Below, piece after piece: positions 35,676-47,500 of a DNA stretch of 64,000 nt. Location: positions 37,706-101,705 of the IMG/VR virus record IMGVR_UViG_3300042558_004400; one strand, written 5' to 3'. The DNA is from a virus. Position numbers and translations under genes: made by a program. Within the stretch, counting starts at the first letter, position 1. Every line of letters starts with the position of its first letter. The notes beneath the pieces were generated by a model that worked only from the letters and a program-made list of their open reading frames with translations, was not told the origin of the DNA and did not search any database.

Positions 35676-38352
35676 TTATATTAACTTTGACTTAAATATG
35701 TTATCATATCTAATAAAATTATTAGTTATTGCGTCTTCTTTTTCAGAAGAAAATTTAAACATTAATCTATCAATAGAATAGTTTTCCTGTGAATTATTTA
35801 AAGTTCTAAAAACAACTCTGTATCTAAATATATCTGGTATGTATTCATATATAACTCTAAGCGGCATAGTAATATTTTTATTAAATATCAATGTATTATC
35901 ATAGTGTATAAAACAATAGTCATTTCTATCTTGGAACGATGGCACCTGTGTGTCAGTCAAGATGTAATTACTTATGTTTTTAGCTACAGTTCCGTCATCA
36001 AATATGACCTTAACTGGAGAATAAGAGGAATAGTCAAAGTTGCCAAATGAACTATTTGAAGAAGTAACCGTGCCAGCGTAAAAGTTGTACGACGCATTAG
36101 AGAACTTTGATCTATCTATATAAGGCGTTTGAGACAATGTTAATGAGTTGTCATAATTTAAGTTGGTAAATCTTTCGCCATTTTTTCCTTCTGATGAATA
36201 AGTTGAAAGAATCGGAGAAGAAAGGTTTTTTGAAAATAATGATATCTCTTTACTAGTTGCTTCATTAATTGGCTGGTAATTACAAACATATATTGAATTT
36301 GGCTTTCTACTTGTTACAAAGAGGTAGATGCCAGTTACGGTATAGGATGATGATGGCAGAAGTTTTCCGTCCTCATATAGAGAAATTGTTTCCTGCTTTG
36401 GCGCAAACCTAAATTTGGCTTTTCCATCTGATGTGTTAAACATCATTAATTCTGCTGTTATTTGCTTTTCAGTATAGGGCATGATTGGATACCAGTCTGA
36501 CTCTGTAACTGGATTATCTTTTACTGTGACGCTAAATTCTACAGATGTTGGATCTGACATATCGCCAGAAGAAGACGACACTGTTGTATTTAAGTAGTCA
36601 ACCATCATCTTGACGGATAGCGGCTTACCTTCAAGCCTTATCTTTTTACTTACAAAGTTAGACCTCTTAATATAGGGAGTCTGCTGAGCTATGGTTACTA
36701 TATTATCAGTTGTAAACAAGGATATATTATTGATGGAAAACATATATTCATATAGATTTGTTTTTTCTATATTATTCATACTATCTAAAGCATCTGCTTT
36801 ATTGAATGAAGAGTACGTTTCTTTTAACAAATGAACATTATTTTCAGATATGTTTGAATCACCTAGTGGCAGTATTCCACCAGAGTTATAATTTCCTATT
36901 GACTTTACATTTGAAAGCAAGTTTGATTCTATATAAGTACTGGAATTCAATCCCCTAAACTTAGCCCCCAATGAATAGGACACAATAGCAAAAACCATAT
37001 TGGAAATAAAATCAGAATTTTTAAATAAATTTTTAGATTCAAGATCAGATGGAGAAACATCTTTTTTTATTTCTTTTAATAAGTTTATTTGTTTTTTAGA
37101 TTGTTCTACTGGATAATACTTACTGTAATCATAATTATATATATTTTTGTTTCTTAATATATAATTCTTATTTGAATCTTTTAGAAAAAATGTTATTACA
37201 TAATCCTGTAGTAGATCATGACTTTTTTTCTTTTCATTTCTTATAGCTTTTGTCAACATGGCAATAAGCTTGGAGTTTAACTCAGATTGAATTGTTGGAA
37301 GCTTTGTTCTATTGTAGTTTTTTTGTTTAAGGAAAATAATAAATCCTTTAATTTTTGTTTTAGCAAAGTCTATATCTAAATTTCTATCTACATATATAGG
37401 TGCACTCAATGCAGATATCTTATTTGTTTGATTATCGGAAGTGTTTGAATTTGTAATATCTCTATCTAGAACAATTTGAGTTATATACAAGCCCTGCCCA
37501 ATGTTTGGGGAAATCCTTATTCTTTGCGCATCAACGCTTCTATTTAGCTCTACGGACACTGCTACTTCTGCACCAACAATACCAGATGAGTCTGCGTTAA
37601 AACCTTGAAATTGAGCTTGAGAAAATATAGAACTATTAATAACAGACGGTGATTTAACTGTCAGGTTCCAAGAATTATTAGAGTTTCCAGTTATAATATT
37701 TTTAATGCCTGTATCACTACTAATATTTTCTGTTGGGAAATTAGTATAAAAATTAATTGATTTAATATCTGTTTCATTTATGCCTACCAATGATTCTTCT
37801 ATATTAGAAGAAAACTTTAATGAACCAGTAAAAGAATCTACATGCGATCTTTCTAAGGTGCCAAAGCTACTTCCATTCCTATCTGGAATTTCACTTAATG
37901 GCGCAGTGCTGTCATATATATATGAGTTTTGATCATTGTCAAAGTTCTCAACAAAATGAAGGTTGTATAAATCATCTTCTCCGAGATAAAAATGAATAGT
38001 TATCTACATAAGAGTTTAAATAAGCTAAATCGTTTTCTATCTTTTTAATTTCCCCACCAAATATATTCTCCATAGAAGAAGATAAAATAGATAGAGTAGA
38101 AGAAATATTGTATAAAGTTTTTAATTTTAATTCTATATCCCTAAACAAATCAATCATTGGGGCTTTTTCTATTTCACTGAGAAGAGAGACATATACCGGA
38201 ATATAATCACCAGCTGAAACAAAAGATGATAACTTATTTATCATTCTGCCAAGTTCTTGTTTTTCTAATCTAGAATCTTGTAGGACTGAAAAAACAGACT
38301 TCCTAGAGTTTGAACCGAAAGAAGATATAAAATTGCCTAAATTATTGAGCAT
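35676..38352 (-). CDS. putative structural protein (~891 aa), interrupted by a +1 break at CGG-A (37983)
   Basis: ATG at 38352; skipping C37983 gives 64 stop-free codons (GEDDLYNLHF...) running in frame into ORF 35676..37790, which lacks a convincing start of its own. Confidence 0.8.
37980..37983 (-). other. CGG-A recoding site 4 (TTA TCT C GGA GAA)
   Basis: Inside a ~30-nt window bounded by a TAG in the +1 frame and a TGA in the 0 frame. Confidence 0.85.
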
Positions 38353-41300
38353 CGTAGATCCCTCTCCAGTTTTTTCCATCAACATCTTGAATGTCAAAGC
38401 TTACTCCAGCTGTTAGGTTGTTCCTAACTATGCTGTATATTTCATCCCTAGAGTTAAAGTTTGACATCACTTCTTGCGGTATTTGAATTATAACATATCC
38501 ACCGTTAGGATGCAGGAATGACATACCAGTATATATATCTGAATAAGACGCTACGTCTAGATCGTTAGAAAATTTGTTAGTAATATTAACCGAATGCTTT
38601 AGGCCACCACCCTTGATTCTCATGTCTTCTACGCTAACGTTTTCAAAGGTATAGGTATTGTTTACGTTTATGGTAGCTATGTGCAAAGCCAATGGATTGT
38701 ATTTGGTGGACTTTGCATCAAATATAGTTGAGTCTTTAGTAAACTTTAATGGACCATCTGGCGCAAAACCAGAAGGTACAGAGTATTCATTGTTAACAAG
38801 TTCTTCACATCTTACTGGAAGAAGATAGATAAATATTGGAGAATTATCTTCTGCCCCCAAGAATGGATTAAGAGGAATAATTTCTCCATTGATTTGATGA
38901 ACCATTAAATCTGGACTCACTATAGTGTAAGTAACTTTAATCTCTTTTGGATCTAAAGGAACTATTTCTTTTTTAAAAGTTATTCTACCAGTATTCTTAT
39001 CAAAATCTTTTATTTCTTTTGTTGGAATATCTATCCATTTTCCTTTAGAGTTTTTGATTGAAACAAAAATCCAAGGCCTTATAGGGCTTGCGTCGGTATA
39101 GTTATCATTGACGTATAGATTCTTGTCATACTGCTCCTGCACACAATGAACAGATCCGTACCTTAAAGAGATTGTATTGTCAGAAATAACTTTTGGATTT
39201 TCATCATGTATGTCATAGTATCCATGCCCAAAGATTGAAGAGTTTGGAGTTTTAATTTGAGTCGTATCGTAGTAGCACTTTAATGTCTTACCCTTATACT
39301 CTTTCATCCAATTGGTAAAAGTGTAGCTAGAAGGTATTGTTATATCTTTAATAAACTTTCCGATGCCAACATTAACAAACCATGTGTCAAATTTGCTTAA
39401 TGTTTTTGGTGGGGAAGATATTTTAATCTTTGATTTACTTTTTACTTTGACCGAGTATACTGGGCATATGTATCTTGTTGGCCTACTGTCTTCCGACTGT
39501 GGTGCTCTAACGGGAGTGCCAACTATGTTGTTTTGCGTTCCGCTGTCCATATCGGAGTCATAAGCATTAAGGCCAATGAACACATTATTCGCACCGTAAG
39601 CCATATATTCAAAATATGATATTTTTTTGCCTAAGAACTTTTTCGTTAACACATTATAAAATTGCCAATACAAACCATAAGGAGCTGGAGTGGGGTAATC
39701 CCAAATTAAGTTTAAGAAACCAAAATTTGTAACACTATTAACTGTAGTTGGTGCATAAGAACTAAAATTAGGAAAACCTACCGGCAGGCCTAATGAATCT
39801 GTCAAGACAACGATTCCATCTTTTACACTTATAGTATTTTTGGTGTTCTGTCTACTTGCTATATTATCTGCATCAGCTATAAAATAATTAGATACAGTTA
39901 CTTGGGGAGAAGTTTCTCTTGAATCATAAGCTATTCCTAATGTTGTTTTAAGAGAATAAAAGTTAATTCTTCCAGTTATTTGAGTTAAAGAAAAATCACC
40001 ACTAGAAATAGCACTGGTACTTGCTGTACCATTTTTCTTAAATGACGAAACTATAGAAGGTGAAATATCATATAAGCTATTTGTTTGAGTCAAACCATTT
40101 ATTTCTACATCTATTTCCTCGTGCTTGAACGATATGCTATCACCAAGTTTGTTAACCGTAGAAGAATACCTTAACTGTTCAGATGGTGTATGTGAAACTG
40201 TTTTTGTTACTGTAACATTTTCTACAATCTGTGACATTGTAAAATCAATTTTACTTACATTTATTGATGATACATTTGATTTTTGAATCATATTTGAAAT
40301 TGTAGAAAAATCTATTAAAGCCTCGTCAGCAGAACTTATTTCTGTATAGCCAGTTATCGTACCTTGAGCCTTTCCTTCGAAAGTAGAGATACCACCATAC
40401 ACGGCAGGTATTTCCGTACTGGGAGAAGAGATTCCAAACTCTATATTTTTTACAGAGAATCCTTCTGCATTAGGACCAAACTTTTCATCATTTATTTTTC
40501 TGCTATACATTCTAATGCCAATCCACTTAGCATCTGAGAGGGTTGAACTAAAATTTATAGTCTTTGAACTATTTGAATTTATTACCCCATGAGACCCTGC
40601 TGTAAAAACTGCAAATACACCTGGTATATTAACTCTTTCTTTTTTTCTTTGATAAAATTTTTGTAAATCAAGATCGCTAGTAAATACTTCCAATTCGCCA
40701 AGTCTAACAGCCCATTCTCCAGTTGAAACTGTTACTGAATGAAGAATTTGGTCATTAGCTTTTTGTGGAACTTTAAAGAAAATATAGTCTTCTAATACTG
40801 TTGGGCCTGGCACTCCGGTAAAGCTAATCCTTCTGTATTCTCTACCAGTAACTCCGATATTTGATATATCTGAATATTTGACAGCTGCAGATATATACTT
40901 TTTAGATACACTTGGAGCGTCTTCTAAGTAGCTGTTATACTTCTCTAAATTATTTTTCATTAAATCTAGCCAATAGGTTGCTAATACTGACTTTGTTTGA
41001 GAGTCAACTATTCCGTCTACAAATCCTAAGTCAGCAGCGTGTTGAAGCAGTCTTATTTTAGATCCAGTAGAAGAATCATATAGGCCATTGATCGTTACTG
41101 CGTATCCCATTTTTAACAGAGTATACTGGACATACTTAACAAAACTCTCTGAATAACCATTCCTAGTACTTGGTCTAGAAGTTGTAAATGTTGTAGTAGT
41201 TGAAGTCGTAACCGCACCTGCCGTTCTTCCTCCTGTAGTTACTGTTTCAGCTGCTTTGTAAACTACTGGATTTTGTTCTATAAATTTGTCTGCTACAAAA

Positions 41301-44300
41301 CTTGCTGTAGCGGTTGCAAGATAAGAGAGGTATTGGGCAGCTGTTGGCGTTGCTCCAAATACTGCTTTAAGATATTGTTCTAACCATTGATGGAAAAAAA
41401 CAGAAAGCGTAATTCCATTATTTTGTTTCCAGACTAGTGTTGCCCAAAATCCAGTTGGATTTATAGACTGTCCGTTTGAAAAATTTAAACTACCTGTATC
41501 AAATGTTCCGTCAGTATCTCTAGCTGCTATAATTGCAGCTCTTATGGTTGCGCCAGAAAGAGCTGTGCCCCTTGTGACAGTAGTAGTAGCGGTAGCAGTA
41601 GCTGCTCCAGTGGTGGTAGTAGTGGTGACCCCAAATGAATCTTTTCCTACAAAGTATTCATCCCATCTATTCCCAGCATCTATGTCTCCAGTGTAATGAA
41701 AATTATTAAACGAAGATGCTGTTGTTTCTTGATCGGCAGAAACTATATCTGTTTTAGAAAAAACTTTTCCTGGATAACGATATTTATTAAATGGAGAAAA
41801 CTTTTGTTTAATTTGTATTTTATTTTCTTCTACTTCTGAGATAGAAAAATTAGACCTAGTTATTCCACCGGTGTTTCTTGCTGATTTAAATACAACATTT
41901 TTAAAATCAGCTTTTCCACCTATAGCAGAAGAAAAGTTTGTAGACCAATTTATTATGTATGTATTAACAGTCTTTGTTATTTCGTTAATTGAGATACTTG
42001 TTTTAAAACCAAAATTATAATCTTTAACGTCTTGACTTCCAGGTAAAAAGTCAGTTGGAGTCCTAATGGCAGAGTTAGTTTTATTATTGTACTCAGATGA
42101 GCCCAATGCAACATAGGGATAAGTTATACTAGAAAAATCAATCTCACTAGAATTTATTGTACTGTATGCATCGAGTGATATGCCAGAAGATGGAGCTGAT
42201 ATGATTTGATTAAGGGCTTGAGTATTAAGTTTAAAAATTTTATAGCTAGAATTTGCTTGACCCAACAACGTATCTCCGCCTGCTGATAGCGTAGAATTGT
42301 AATCAGTAAAATTTAAAAATTTTATGTTTGGATTAGTGCATTCTAAATAAAATTCTACATTACTAAAGTCAGCGTTTATTATGCTTTCAGCATCACCGCC
42401 ATTTAGTGTGCCATCAAAATCTGCTATTAGGACTCCAGGCAAAGAGGGTGCTATCTCTCTGCAGAAAAATTGATCCGTGCTTCCTATTGCAGCCTTTAAT
42501 GAAAAAGAATATTGTTGTTTTTCAAGATCAGAAAGAACAGTTATCTTTCCATTATTTACTGCACCATTAATCGTCCATAAATTTCTCCATGGTGAAACAT
42601 TCCATAAAACCGTAGACTGATTAGTAGTATTGTTTGTTGCAAAGTTATTTACTTTATTTTTGTTAACATCAGAAAGATAATTATAAAAGAATTTATTTGG
42701 TCCAATTATAGCAGTACTGACTGCAGTGCTTTGACTGCCAACTGTTCCAACGGGAAAAGCATTAGTGTCGCCATTGTTAGAGACATCTGAGATACCTGCT
42801 CTAACGATATCATTTATTAAATAGAGAAAAGGGTTAGCGCTTATAACTAAAGACGAAGGCAGTATGTTTTGCGTATTTGTTGATCTTTTAACTATAACGG
42901 CATTTGATCCAACAGATACTAAGGCAACTGAAGAAGATTGTGTTGAGGGACTAGCATTAAAAGTTCTTAGTGGAACAACTGAATCACTATTCAAAACTTC
43001 AGTTCTTTTTCCAAATATGCTGTACCTAGGGCTAGTTGAAGACTCATTATATTCAGAAAGATCCCAAGCATTCATGGTCGTGTGGCCAGTCTTATATGTA
43101 TCTTGTACGGTCAGGAATCCAGTTGAAGTATTGGTTATAGACAAATCTATACCTAAATAAGAAAGATTAGAAGATATCAGTGAAGCGTCTATAAAAACTG
43201 AAGCATTAGAAATTAAAGCTCTATTGACCGCATTGCCTTGAAGCTCAGTAATAGCTTGTGTTGGTGTCCACACCAAAATATCAAACCTACTATAATCAAT
43301 TGTATTATCGTCTATGTTTACTAGCCAATAGCTTCTTTGAGATTTATTGTTAGTACTTGCTGCAATAGGATTTTGAAAAAGATAATTCTGAAGATTAAAT
43401 ACTGACTCCTCCATGTTTGCAAATACGTAAGCATTCTTTGCGTCAGAAGCTTGACCAGAATAAAGCACTCCGACATTTAATGTTGCCCTTTCGGAGTCTG
43501 CATAAACGTTTCTTACGTTAGAATAATTGTAAGTAATCTTTGCTAATAGTCTCCAGTTAAATGATTGAAAAGTTCTTGGATCTTGTATGGCTTTTCTAGG
43601 AGCATAAATTTTCCAGCCATCATTGGATATTCTTGTTTTTAATAATTCATTTTCTTTATAAGAAAATAATTGTGTTGAATACACTTTTCTTTCAGAAGAG
43701 CTTGGATCTATTACTTCAGATTCTTCTATAACATACTTATAGTATGGTATTGTATTTACTTTTTCTTTATAGGCAAAAAATGGATTATAAGGAATGTTAT
43801 CTTCATTCTTTTCATATTTATTATAAATAAGATAAAGATCTTTTGGATTAACTTCTTCTAATAAAACTATTATTCTATACAAATCAAGGCCTTGATATCT
43901 TGTACCAGACAACTCTACGACTGATCTATTGTTTGTATATTTTTCTAATATAATTTTATATTTATTTTTTCCATTAGAATCTAAAAAGTTATTTCCGGAA
44001 CCATCTACTACTTGTATTCCAGACTTAGATGGCTCTCTAAGTTCAGCAGATTTTTCTATTCCATTATAATTTGATACGGTTGAGTCCAACAATGTAAAAA
44101 AATTGCTTACATAATAACTATGTATAAACATTTCAGACTCAAAAGCTACTTCTCTACCAGTGTAATTAAAGTTTATGTCTGCTTGTTCTTCACTTGCAAT
44201 GTAGTTACTTATAGAAACTTCAGAATTAGCTACTATAGGAGAACCAAATCCTTGATTCATTTCTTGATTAGTTTTTAAGTATCTTAAAACACCAAATTCA

Positions 44301-44512
44301 TCAGCATACATTGCTGTATCTATTTCCGACGTGCTTACTGGAACAACATTTTCTGGTATCAATCCAGAAAGGTCAGAAACAGATAGGTGCATTTCTGGAG
44401 TAATCTCTGTTGAATTAAACCAACCTAAATTAATTGAATCTTCTGGAAGATGTACAGCCTTTTTTACAGCAGGCTCATTGCCTTGGTTCGTAACATTTTT
44501 AAAAGCTTTCAC
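38342..44512 (-). CDS. large virion protein (2056 aa) with Thr-rich linkers and a peptidoglycan-binding-like domain
   Basis: VKYVQYTLLKMGY...NGLYDSSTGSKIRLLQ...VDGIVDSQTKSVL resembles PG_binding_1; start codon appears to be GTG. Confidence 0.75.
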   Translation of the reverse strand: MKAFKNVTNQGNEPAVKKAVHLPEDSINLGWFNSTEITPEMHLSVSDLSGLIPENVVPVSTSEIDTAMYADEFGVLRYLKTNQEMNQGFGSPIVANSEVSISNYIASEEQADINFNYTGREVAFESEMFIHSYYVSNFFTLLDSTVSNYNGIEKSAELREPSKSGIQVVDGSGNNFLDSNGKNKYKIILEKYTNNRSVVELSGTRYQGLDLYRIIVLLEEVNPKDLYLIYNKYEKNEDNIPYNPFFAYKEKVNTIPYYKYVIEESEVIDPSSSERKVYSTQLFSYKENELLKTRISNDGWKIYAPRKAIQDPRTFQSFNWRLLAKITYNYSNVRNVYADSERATLNVGVLYSGQASDAKNAYVFANMEESVFNLQNYLFQNPIAASTNNKSQRSYWLVNIDDNTIDYSRFDILVWTPTQAITELQGNAVNRALISNASVFIDASLISSNLSYLGIDLSITNTSTGFLTVQDTYKTGHTTMNAWDLSEYNESSTSPRYSIFGKRTEVLNSDSVVPLRTFNASPSTQSSSVALVSVGSNAVIVKRSTNTQNILPSSLVISANPFLYLINDIVRAGISDVSNNGDTNAFPVGTVGSQSTAVSTAIIGPNKFFYNYLSDVNKNKVNNFATNNTTNQSTVLWNVSPWRNLWTINGAVNNGKITVLSDLEKQQYSFSLKAAIGSTDQFFCREIAPSLPGVLIADFDGTLNGGDAESIINADFSNVEFYLECTNPNIKFLNFTDYNSTLSAGGDTLLGQANSSYKIFKLNTQALNQIISAPSSGISLDAYSTINSSEIDFSSITYPYVALGSSEYNNKTNSAIRTPTDFLPGSQDVKDYNFGFKTSISINEITKTVNTYIINWSTNFSSAIGGKADFKNVVFKSARNTGGITRSNFSISEVEENKIQIKQKFSPFNKYRYPGKVFSKTDIVSADQETTASSFNNFHYTGDIDAGNRWDEYFVGKDSFGVTTTTTTGAATATATTTVTRGTALSGATIRAAIIAARDTDGTFDTGSLNFSNGQSINPTGFWATLVWKQNNGITLSVFFHQWLEQYLKAVFGATPTAAQYLSYLATATASFVADKFIEQNPVVYKAAETVTTGGRTAGAVTTSTTTTFTTSRPSTRNGYSESFVKYVQYTLLKMGYAVTINGLYDSSTGSKIRLLQHAADLGFVDGIVDSQTKSVLATYWLDLMKNNLEKYNSYLEDAPSVSKKYISAAVKYSDISNIGVTGREYRRISFTGVPGPTVLEDYIFFKVPQKANDQILHSVTVSTGEWAVRLGELEVFTSDLDLQKFYQRKKERVNIPGVFAVFTAGSHGVINSNSSKTINFSSTLSDAKWIGIRMYSRKINDEKFGPNAEGFSVKNIEFGISSPSTEIPAVYGGISTFEGKAQGTITGYTEISSADEALIDFSTISNMIQKSNVSSINVSKIDFTMSQIVENVTVTKTVSHTPSEQLRYSSTVNKLGDSISFKHEEIDVEINGLTQTNSLYDISPSIVSSFKKNGTASTSAISSGDFSLTQITGRINFYSLKTTLGIAYDSRETSPQVTVSNYFIADADNIASRQNTKNTISVKDGIVVLTDSLGLPVGFPNFSSYAPTTVNSVTNFGFLNLIWDYPTPAPYGLYWQFYNVLTKKFLGKKISYFEYMAYGANNVFIGLNAYDSDMDSGTQNNIVGTPVRAPQSEDSRPTRYICPVYSVKVKSKSKIKISSPPKTLSKFDTWFVNVGIGKFIKDITIPSSYTFTNWMKEYKGKTLKCYYDTTQIKTPNSSIFGHGYYDIHDENPKVISDNTISLRYGSVHCVQEQYDKNLYVNDNYTDASPIRPWIFVSIKNSKGKWIDIPTKEIKDFDKNTGRITFKKEIVPLDPKEIKVTYTIVSPDLMVHQINGEIIPLNPFLGAEDNSPIFIYLLPVRCEELVNNEYSVPSGFAPDGPLKFTKDSTIFDAKSTKYNPLALHIATINVNNTYTFENVSVEDMRIKGGGLKHSVNITNKFSNDLDVASYSDIYTGMSFLHPNGGYVIIQIPQEVMSNFNSRDEIYSIVRNNLTAGVSFDIQDVDGKNWRGIYDAQ

Positions 44513-44515
44513 AAA

Positions 44516-47500
44516 CTATTCCTCTTCATAATCTGGATGTAGATCAGAGTACTCAACAACATAGGGTGTAGCGCCTAATAAACCCATTTCATATTGGGTA
44601 TATCTAGAAATTGGGTACCAATCGGGCAGATTCCAGGTTGGTGTTGCACTGCTGTTATAGTAAACCTGTTCTGTTAAAGTGTTTACTTTAAATGCTACGT
44701 TTGAAGCGTAATGTTTATAGTTAGGATTTACATTAAAACCAGGGCTAAGAACAGGCTCATCTAGGGTTGATTGTGTAGAGTCATACTTTTCATACCAGCA
44801 GACAATATCTCCGCTCAAAATAGAAGTTGGTATTCCAGCATCTGTGTTTAGATTAGTTTCAACTGAGACAAACCAATATCCAGGAATAGCATCATCTTGG
44901 GCTATAAAATTGCCAATATTAAAATAGCCCTGGGAGTCAGAGAGTACTCTGCCGGAGTTATAAGTCTTACCTGGAACTACGTCTGTAGTGCTATAGGCTG
45001 TATCAAATAGGTCTTTTAAATTTCTAGATTTTCTCCAATAAACAAAAACATTTGGATTTGTTTTTCCATTTATTCTTACAGTTTGAACACCATCTGCTGT
45101 AATAATTTTTGCATCCACTTCTGCTGTCAATCTATCAATTGAGCTTGGGTTTGGCTTTACGTAATAATTAACTGTAGCGCTATAATTGTCCTGATCTTTT
45201 ATGTACAAGTATGAAGAACTTTGATATGGAACATTTGCTCCAGTGTACTTGATCTGAGATCTAGCATAGCCGTCTACATTAGAAGTAATAGTGGAAGGAG
45301 TCGATGATATGTTAGAACCAGATATGATGAAATCTTTATATGGTTTTGGATTTCCGTTTATGTCTTTAGAAAAAACATTTAAAATCATAGAATCTTTTCC
45401 ATCAGCAAGTACTTGTTTAGGAGAAAGAATGTAATCAAAAGTATCATAATCATATTCTTCATGAGAAAGATAAATGTACCCAGAATCTAATGCCGAGTAT
45501 AATGGATTAAGTTTTAATTCTGGCAATTCGTAATCATCATCTTGAAGTGCTGACTCATACGTTATGTAAGTGCGATAGCTTGCATTTGGAGTACTGAGTA
45601 ATGAAACCTTTGTCCTATAATCATTGTCGACAGTATTGAAATATTGATTGTCTATATTAAAAACGTCTACCACTCTATACGATGCTCTGTAAGATCTTCC
45701 AATTTTAAATGGTTGATTTTCTGGGAAAGATATAATGTTTATATAATTGTCTTCCGAAGAAACACCAGAGCAAACAGTTTCTCCTGTATATGTATCGACT
45801 ATTGTTACGTCAAATACGTTTGAATATGCTAAATACATACTGTTTGTGTTTTTAGCTGTTATGTATTCGTAATTATAATGAGAATACAAGCTGGGTGTAG
45901 CTTCATCGAAGAATGAAACTTGATTATAATTGACGGTAGATCCACTAGAATCTACCGTTGAAACGATTATTGGAGAACCCTTTCTAGCAAGCTGTTCTAG
46001 AACCACCTCTGGTTGATTAAGGCTTGCGTCAACTTTTGGATCTGCATAGATGAATCTTTCGCCATCTTGGAAATACCAACCACTTCTAATCGAAGGAGAT
46101 ATATACTTTGTAGCTTCATAGTTAAGAATAGCCTTTACTGGCAAGCTTGATATCTTATATATGCCTGAAGCAGAATCGTAATAGTTTAAAGAAACATTTT
46201 TCTCAAGATCATCTGTATAGACAGTCTTTTCATTTTCTATAAAGTTATAATCAGTCCATATTGTTACGTCATCATTCTCGTTTATAGCTTCTACAGAAGT
46301 AAAGTAAAGATTTGGAGATGAGGCGTAATCTCCTAAGCCAAAGTCTGATCTTTGAATGGTGTAATAATCTATTACATTTGAATTTTTAGTCTCAAGTAAG
46401 TCTTGATTTACATTAGGGGATGCGTGAACGACTCCATTTTCAGACATAAAAAAATTGTATTGATCTATTGAATTCGCATTAAATTCTTCCCATACAGGAT
46501 ATTCAAACGGGTACACTGCGCCGTCTTTTGATCTAATTACAATTGAACTTGGTGTAGATGCAAATGGTATTTTCGTTTGCGTAAAGAAATAATTGACCGT
46601 TGAACCAGAAGTGTTATCGTAATCTCCATGACTAGATGGAGAAGCTATGGTTGCTCCAATTAAAGATATGTTTATGTTTGGGGATGAAGGTATGTAGTAT
46701 GGTTCATTTTCATCTCTATTGACAGAAATTCCACCGTATATCTTTGCAGAATCATATATTGGAGCTTTTTCATAAGAGCCTACCAAGACGTTGTCTACAT
46801 GTATATATAATGGAGTTGCATTAGTCGGCATACTGAAGTGCTTCAGGACGTCTGTAATAGACATTGTTATGTTACTCTTGCTGGACCCAACAGAAGGGTA
46901 GTTGATTATGGTGTAATCCCCATAATATCTTACCTTCTGAGTTTGTACTATTCTATTTTTTGCAGCGCTGTATATATTTGAATTTATCTTAATTTGACCA
47001 TCACTATAAGTTTGGTTGCTAAAATTTTTTACAACAACCTTAGAGGAATTGTTTGCCATAGATCCAGATGAAAAAGATGCCCAGACATAATCTCCAGTTG
47101 CTCCACTTGGGTTCTTTGATGATATATAGTTAATGGTTGCCTGCTGAACTGCATATAGTGGTATTTGAGTTATAGTGTATGATTCAGTAGCGGAAGGACT
47201 TATAGTATTTAAATATGGTGTGGCTGCGGTGTCTACAGAATAAAAAATAATTTGATTTGATGTTAACCCAGATGGGCCGAATATATCTTTTGTTATATAT
47301 TCCGGAGAAGATGATGAATCAGGAGCATAGGCATTTTTGACATAGTCTGTTAAATTAGCCTTAAAAGTTCTATCTGCGCCTATGTAACCATGTTGATTTA
47401 ATTTTAGATAAATCTCATAGTTGATGGTAGCAGTGTCGTGATCGTAGTATGGTTCACTATAAGACAGGTATGTGTCGTATGCAACTTTAATTGGCTCGTA

